This document shows, piece after piece, positions 26,628 through 31,943 of a DNA stretch of 31,943 nucleotides (its first letter is position 1; every line of letters begins with the position of its first letter). Source of the stretch: a virus (lineage: Duplodnaviria; Caudoviricetes); the IMG/VR virus record IMGVR_UViG_3300038675_000236, positions 1 through 31,943 of that record; one strand, given 5' to 3'. Made by a program: the position numbers and the translations under genes. The notes beneath the pieces were generated by a model. That model was not told the DNA's origin. It worked only from the letters and a program-made list of their open reading frames with translations, and made no database searches.

Positions 26628-28102
26628 TACATTCCCTTATTTTCTGTTTTATCTGCCGTTGGATTAGGTATAGGTCGAGTCAATCCAGGTACATCCTCAT
26701 CGCTCGCTTCTGCTATTCGTTTTAGTTCTTCGATCACCGAATCTTGTTCCATAGCATTAATCAATTCAATCTGTTGTCGATTAAAACCTAAGAACAATTC
26801 ATAGAAAGCCTTAGGTGGAACAACCTCTGTGGTCAAAGGATTAACAAAATACTCCCGCAACGAAGTAGCCCGTATTCTTCCAATTTCTGCCTTATCTTTT
26901 TCTGAAATTGAAAATAAATCAGCCCATTCTATTTCATATCCTTCTACTGGTTTGGGCAATATCTTATATTCAATCATCTTATTTATAAATGGACGCAGAA
27001 TACAAGGTTCTGCAAATTCCTCACGCCGACCCTGTACAAAGGCAGTCCATTCAGAAGCATCCTGAGTAGAAGCTAATTCTCCCCGTTCACTACCAGTAAG
27101 AATCCGTTTAGGTATACCAGTTACCGCAGAAATCATCATCATTTGGACATCTACATGATTTTTTGGATCTGATATTTGCATATCCAATGACTTGATAGAA
27201 ACCCCTTGTGTGGTTAAAAATCGACGTAAATTATGCTCATACTCATCTAACTGATCTTGTAATGCTTTTTCCTGTTCCACGCCCATGGTAAATTCTTTAT
27301 CTACCTCCCCAGTATAACCAGGACGAGCACCCCGCCAAAACATCTCTGAACTACCCCCTACCAACTTTTCTAAATCACATAAACGATTATACACTACTTC
27401 CAAACGGGGTATTCCTTCAACCTGCGACTCCAAAGAATCTTCTACGATATGAAGTACCCTAGAATGATGCACTCGTATAGTAGACTGAGAATTATCGGGA
27501 CTACTTAATGTAATATCATATAATTCTGGCATCCCATATCGGATACTTCTTACATTAGTATCCCAACTAATAATTTTAGCCGATCCCTCCCCTAATGGGC
27601 GAGCGTATAAAATATCCAATCCTTTTTTCAATGAAACCGGATTAGCTAAATCTTCCGTCTTTCCTACATCATTAAACCCCATTAATAAAATCCCATAACG
27701 ACCTAACCCAGTCAGTTTATCCAAACGCGTAAAAACAGTCTTTAAATTCAATCTACGTTCTAAATCTATCCAATCTCGTTCTAAAGTAGTCTCACTACCT
27801 TCTTTAGATTCAATAACGGTCAAAGGACCAGTCCAAGTCATCTTTACTGGACGAGAAATAATTGCTTTAGCTATATCTTGTCGTAAATACCGTGATACAA
27901 AATCCTGATAAGTTAATTGGGTTGGGTATCCTAATGTTTGATATAAATTACGATCTCCATTATAAGAAGTCCCTAATTTAGCAGCTAACGCAGCTCTAGA
28001 AATTATAGAACTTAGGGTTTGTATTCTATGCAATTGTTCTTCTACATGGGAAGCGTCATTTGAAGATTGAGCCTGTCCATTATTTTCTACTCTTGATCCC
28101 AT
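26627..28102 (-). CDS. Portal protein (DUF1073-like), 491 aa
   Basis: RYGMPELY, VHHSRVLH and TGIPKRILTGSERGELAST motifs; position directly after terL. Confidence 0.88.
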   Translation of the reverse strand: MGSRVENNGQAQSSNDASHVEEQLHRIQTLSSIISRAALAAKLGTSYNGDRNLYQTLGYPTQLTYQDFVSRYLRQDIAKAIISRPVKMTWTGPLTVIESKEGSETTLERDWIDLERRLNLKTVFTRLDKLTGLGRYGILLMGFNDVGKTEDLANPVSLKKGLDILYARPLGEGSAKIISWDTNVRSIRYGMPELYDITLSSPDNSQSTIRVHHSRVLHIVEDSLESQVEGIPRLEVVYNRLCDLEKLVGGSSEMFWRGARPGYTGEVDKEFTMGVEQEKALQDQLDEYEHNLRRFLTTQGVSIKSLDMQISDPKNHVDVQMMMISAVTGIPKRILTGSERGELASTQDASEWTAFVQGRREEFAEPCILRPFINKMIEYKILPKPVEGYEIEWADLFSISEKDKAEIGRIRATSLREYFVNPLTTEVVPPKAFYELFLGFNRQQIELINAMEQDSVIEELKRIAEASDEDVPGLTRPIPNPTADKTENKGM

Positions 28103-28127
28103 TGCCTTAAATCCTTCCCTATATGTT

Positions 28128-29669
28128 TTATAATACTTTTACCACCCGTTTACGAACTAATTTAGAAAAAGCCCCAGCCGCGGCATCCACCTGATCCTTG
28201 TATGTACCAAAAGGAAAATGACGGTGCTCTTCAATAAACTCCGTATTCCAATCAGCTCGCATCAACATTACATTACCATCGTTTACTTGAACGCTATAAG
28301 GATCAGCTCGATAAACCTTATCACCTTGTGGGCGATCTGCCCTCGCCACAAACCCAGCTAAGTTACGAGTAGTAGCCTCTGCCGATTCCTTGCCTCCTGA
28401 TCCAGGTTCCTGTTCGTAGTAAATCTCCACGATTGATCCATCGGCCTCAGCCACCTGACGAATGATCCGCTCTCGTTCCTCAGAACTCCAACGACCCCGT
28501 TTGACATCCAATATGATAAACTTACCGGTACGCAATCGCATCATTTTTACGCCTACTGTCCAAGCTGCAGTCGTCTTCGCTCCTATCTTCTCTTTGGTAC
28601 CTGCTTTATCCCAATAACGAATTACCCCCTGAATCAAGGTAGAATCAGGCAAGGCATCTATGGTCGTAAAATGATCTACCTTAAACATCCCCCCAGAAGG
28701 GGGAGTAGGATTTTGCCCTATCTGACCTGCATAAGAATATTGCCCTAAATCAGCTTCCAAATCTTTCAGCACTTTCCGATTTAATCTAATGGGATCCAGT
28801 AGATTGTCTACGTATTTATCTACCAATTCCACCGGACGCACCACGCTTCGATAAGAATCAATCTCCCCAGGCAAACATATGTGCTTAATATTATCCTTGT
28901 TTTTACTTAGAGCGTGCCCTGTTGGATCGTTCTGATGTAATCGCTGCATGATACCTATCGTAACCGAGGCTGCCTTGTCTACCTTACGAGTAGGCAGCGT
29001 TTGATCTAACCAACGATTAGCATTGGCCAATTCTATGGGGCTAACCGCTTGTTGAGGATTGATTGGATCGTCCCAAATAATAATATGCCCATGAAACCCC
29101 ATCAACGTACCTCCTACGGATGTACTAAAACGATTACCACCCAATTCCAAGCGAGAGGGTCGTCCAAAGGAGAGTTGCGTACGACGCACAAGACGAAAAT
29201 TCCCTTTGGTGTCCTTGTCCTCCTTAATACCAATCTCTGGATAAATCATACGATAACGCTCCGAGCGAATAATGTCACGACAATATTCCGCACTCTCCAA
29301 AGATAAGGCACTACTGTAGGACACGCACAAAAATCGCATCCAGTACCAACGACTCCAACACCAGGCAGGAAACATGATCGAACATAGTATGGTTTTCGTT
29401 GTACCTGGAGGTATGTTTATGATTAAATCATGGCGTTTGGGTAGACGTTGAGCAACCCTTTCAGCCACCTGTTGTAACTCGTTGCAAAGATACTCAATGT
29501 GCCAATTGGCTACTAGTTGTTCTTGACTAACTTCTGGCCAAAAGAATTTGAAAAACTCGAAAAACGAACGATTACATAATTCTCGAACAATCAACGATGG
29601 ATTTTCTACGGCAGAACGTAATGCCTGCGTTCGTCGTTCCATCATCAATGTCTCCTCGTTAGTCATCAC
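28128..29669 (-). CDS. terL: Terminase large subunit, 513 aa
   Basis: LIINIPPGTTKT Walker A, IIIWDDP Walker B, IMQRLH coupling motif; nuclease domain RYWDKA...EQEPGSGG...DQVDA. Confidence 0.95.
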   Translation of the reverse strand: MMTNEETLMMERRTQALRSAVENPSLIVRELCNRSFFEFFKFFWPEVSQEQLVANWHIEYLCNELQQVAERVAQRLPKRHDLIINIPPGTTKTILCSIMFPAWCWSRWYWMRFLCVSYSSALSLESAEYCRDIIRSERYRMIYPEIGIKEDKDTKGNFRLVRRTQLSFGRPSRLELGGNRFSTSVGGTLMGFHGHIIIWDDPINPQQAVSPIELANANRWLDQTLPTRKVDKAASVTIGIMQRLHQNDPTGHALSKNKDNIKHICLPGEIDSYRSVVRPVELVDKYVDNLLDPIRLNRKVLKDLEADLGQYSYAGQIGQNPTPPSGGMFKVDHFTTIDALPDSTLIQGVIRYWDKAGTKEKIGAKTTAAWTVGVKMMRLRTGKFIILDVKRGRWSSEERERIIRQVAEADGSIVEIYYEQEPGSGGKESAEATTRNLAGFVARADRPQGDKVYRADPYSVQVNDGNVMLMRADWNTEFIEEHRHFPFGTYKDQVDAAAGAFSKLVRKRVVKVL

Positions 29670-29688
29670 TCACTCGTTTCTGGTTTCG

Positions 29689-30219
29689 TTAATTAGATTC
29701 ATCAATAGTGGTAGGGATTTGAGCCAGTCCTAATTTCATAGCCATCCGCAATTCTTCGTCACTCAATGATTGCAAGGACTGTTGTACAAGATTGACATCC
29801 ACTTCCCCTCGATACGTTACATCCACACTTGCCTTCAAACTATCACTCCAAACCTCCCTACGCCTCAAAGCCAACCAACGCAACCCAGCGTACACATCTG
29901 GAGCCTGTAGTTTACGAGTTTCCTCCCGCCGCACTAGTTGCATTTCCCCCGTATCTCGATCCCGTCTATAATAATCAGTCGTCTCGACATACGTATACCC
30001 CAAAGCCCGTCGATAAACACTGCGAGCTACGTTCATGTCTGCTTCGGCTCGACCTCTCATCAACGCCCGACGAAACGCCTCATGATTGGTTGACCAGCGT
30101 TCAATGGTACTTACGGAAAGTCCAAAAAATTCTGCAATTTGACGATTGGTTTGACCCAACAAAGCCAGTCTATACGTCTGTTCTTCCATCTCTGGTCGCC
30201 ATTGACTACTGTTTTTCAT
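29689..30219 (-). CDS. terS: Terminase small subunit, 176 aa
   Basis: N-terminal HTH (TNRQIAEFFGLSVSTIERW), ADMNVARSVYRRALGY and PDVYAGLRWL..R...W motifs; directly upstream of terL; GAGGAG RBS. Confidence 0.88.
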   Translation of the reverse strand: MKNSSQWRPEMEEQTYRLALLGQTNRQIAEFFGLSVSTIERWSTNHEAFRRALMRGRAEADMNVARSVYRRALGYTYVETTDYYRRDRDTGEMQLVRREETRKLQAPDVYAGLRWLALRRREVWSDSLKASVDVTYRGEVDVNLVQQSLQSLSDEELRMAMKLGLAQIPTTIDESN

Positions 30220-30273
30220 CGTCCATTTCTCCTCATTTTCGTCTATACCATATACGAAAGTACTAAAAAAAGT

Positions 30274-30302
30274 TTGATAGACGAGAGCGTTTTTTCTAAA
30301 AT
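30274..30302 (+). promoter_or_regulatory. Candidate sigma70-type promoter TTGATA-N17-TAAAAT for the NUMOD3 gene
   Basis: Both hexamers are one mismatch from consensus with exact 17-nt spacing in the divergent intergenic region. The region is AT-rich, so a chance match is possible. Confidence 0.35.
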
Positions 30303-30398
30303 TATTTTTATTAAACTTACTATTATTTAAAAATTATCTTTATATTAGCCTCATAAAAAGTAAGTAAATGATTCTCTTAACGTAAAAAATCAATCACA

Positions 30399-31031
30399 AT
30401 GAAACACACTAAAAACATTACCATTGTTCATGACTCCTTGGAATTAAATTTAACCACTTCACCCACGACTCAAAACCCTGCCCGTGAAGATGACCCCCTA
30501 CTAACCTATCCTACCCAAACAGGTACTCCCAGAAAACACGCTTATGCTCCTCGTCGACGACAGCCTTTGTCGCCTGAAACTCGTCGTCGTATCAGCGAAA
30601 CGATGAAGGGCAAGGAAAAATCTGCAGAACATCGTCAACGCATCAGCGAAACGATGAAAGGCTTGGTCCGATCGAAAGAAACGCGGCAACGCATGAGTGC
30701 AGCAAAACAAGGAGCCTTACATCCACGCTGGAGTGGAGGACCAGAAGCACGTAAAGCTCGTCAAAAAGCGGCACGTGAAGCCCGTCGTCTTGAACGTCAA
30801 GCCAAAGAAGAAATAGAACATCAAATTCAACAACAACGACGAAAAGCTCGCATGGATCGTCATCGTGAATTGTCTATGCAACGACAAATTCAAACAAAAA
30901 CAGCGGGTGATCCTTTGCCTGCCTATGAACGCCCCCCTAAAGGGGAACCCGTGTACATGCGCCGTAATGCAAAACAATATTTACGGAAAGAAAGTAACAT
31001 AGGAAGTTTGGATGATGTAATACAAGAATAA
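30399..31031 (+). CDS. NUMOD3-repeat DNA-binding protein without a recognisable nuclease domain, 210 aa
   Basis: Three repeats SPETRRRISETMKG / SAEHRQRISETMKG / SKETRQRMSAAKQG followed by HPRWSGG; 17-nt DNA repeat ATCAGCGAAACGATGAA at 30591 and 30642. Confidence 0.7.
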   Translation: MKHTKNITIVHDSLELNLTTSPTTQNPAREDDPLLTYPTQTGTPRKHAYAPRRRQPLSPETRRRISETMKGKEKSAEHRQRISETMKGLVRSKETRQRMSAAKQGALHPRWSGGPEARKARQKAAREARRLERQAKEEIEHQIQQQRRKARMDRHRELSMQRQIQTKTAGDPLPAYERPPKGEPVYMRRNAKQYLRKESNIGSLDDVIQE

Positions 31032-31604
31032 AAAAAGGGGTGCTCGAAAACGAAGGCATCGGCAATGTTGATCGTTTGAAACATTAGTTTGAACCTTATG
31101 GAAAAGATCGAAATGGAGATAGGAACTGGTATCATACTTATCGAAAACAAGAAGTCCAACATTGGCTTGCCACTCTATGTAAAGGAGGATCTTTTAAGAC
31201 ATGTTTTTAATTGAACATAGTAAGGGGGGTGGGGGAGTTATCCTTGAAAAAGGACAGCTGTTTAATCCATTGTACAAACAAGGATTATGACAAGCATAGT
31301 TGTATGCTTTCCTTGTGTCATGGCTCGCCAAAGTACTTACGAAATCCTAAAAATGTTATCCAGAACGAATGGATGAAATATATTTTATTGAGCTTAAAAA
31401 CGTATTAGTTTAAGTTTTTTCCATACCAAGACCTTACCTGAATATACTCGAAGTGGAGTTTACGCTCTAGAACAGGAACCAAATATCCAACGTACGAAGA
31501 CGTAAGGTGATGTTCAATTACCTAAAACGAAACGTGTAATTTTTATTTGCCGAAGAGGACGAAAATCCTATGGGGGTTCAAGTTACTATCATTTATGTGA
31601 ATAA

Positions 31605-31620
31605 AGAGAGAGAGAGAGAG
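31605..31620. repeat. (AG)8 dinucleotide tract
   Basis: Read directly from the sequence. Confidence 0.9.
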
Positions 31621-31848
31621 GTTACGTTTTCCAAAACAAACGAGAAAATAAAAAACATAAGACAACGAACCCTCTTCTCTTCCCCTCCTTTCTTTTTTCC
31701 TTTCTTAAAAAACAGATAACCCCCTATAATCTCTCTTTTCTGGATTGTCGTCGTTTTTTTCTTTGTTTGAAAAAGGAGGGGGTGCTTTGAAAAAGAGGGG
31801 GAGGCGAAAAGAGAAATAATCTTGGAATTTGGAGTGGTGGGTACCTTG

Positions 31849-31943
31849 TGAGGTTTTTTTGAACGAAATTTTGCAAAATTTTATAGGATGAGGTTTTTTT
31901 GAACGAAATTTTGCAAAATTTTATAGGATGAGGTTTTTTTGAA
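31849..31943. repeat. Perfect 40-bp tandem repeat (2 full copies plus 15 nt, cut by the window end), each copy with a 16-bp palindrome AAATTTTGCAAAATTT
   Basis: Unit TGAGGTTTTTTTGAACGAAATTTTGCAAAATTTTATAGGA starts at 31849, 31889 and 31929; palindromes at 31866-31881 and 31906-31921. Confidence 0.95.

Noticed and set aside
26627-28102. Anti-CBASS Acb1 function sometimes attached to this portal family
   Set aside because: Length fits a plain portal and I see no appended 2H-phosphoesterase domain with paired HxT motifs.
1472-30330. The many short plus-strand ORFs in the track (e.g. 1472-1708, 3490-3717, 15236-15667, 21261-21566, 29829-30266)
   Set aside because: They lie antisense to well-supported minus-strand genes, have no recognisable motifs and are typical shadow ORFs.
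30501-31408. ORFs 30501-30710, 30717-30977, 30923-31162 (minus) and 31211-31408 (plus)
   Set aside because: The first three are wholly or partly antisense to the NUMOD3 gene; the last has a TTG start and no motif, so I cannot support it.
31849-31943. CRISPR array
   Set aside because: Units are directly adjacent and identical, with no spacers and no cas genes.

Overview
A contiguous virion-morphogenesis module of a tailed phage or prophage with a non-contractile (siphovirus-type) tail, read almost entirely on the minus strand. The order is terS, terL, portal, gpF/gp7-like minor head protein (containing a 381-aa intein with a DUF559/Vsr-like endonuclease), DUF2213-like protease/scaffold, decoration protein, HK97-fold major capsid, two paralogous hypothetical proteins, a 10-gene glycosylation island, head-tail adaptor, head closure, neck, tail terminator, tail tube, tail assembly chaperone with an A AAA AAG -1 frameshift, tape measure, and a >=1320-aa tail tip/fibre gene that runs off the left edge and is missing from the supplied ORF track. 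The standout is the ~9.3 kb island (10866-20190) between the capsid and head-tail connector genes and translationally coupled to the connector. It encodes four clear glycosyltransferase genes, a Maf/sialyltransferase-like protein, two SAM methyltransferases, a sulfotransferase and a three-enzyme route (dehydratase, RmlD-like reductase, 2-epimerase) to a UDP-2-acetamido-2,6-dideoxy-L-hexose. I infer a self-sufficient virion glycan-coat system; this is not demonstrated. The right end holds a divergent NUMOD3-repeat gene, a purine/pyrimidine-skewed non-coding stretch and a 40-bp tandem repeat with a 16-bp palindrome. All family calls come from motifs recognised by eye; no searches were run.
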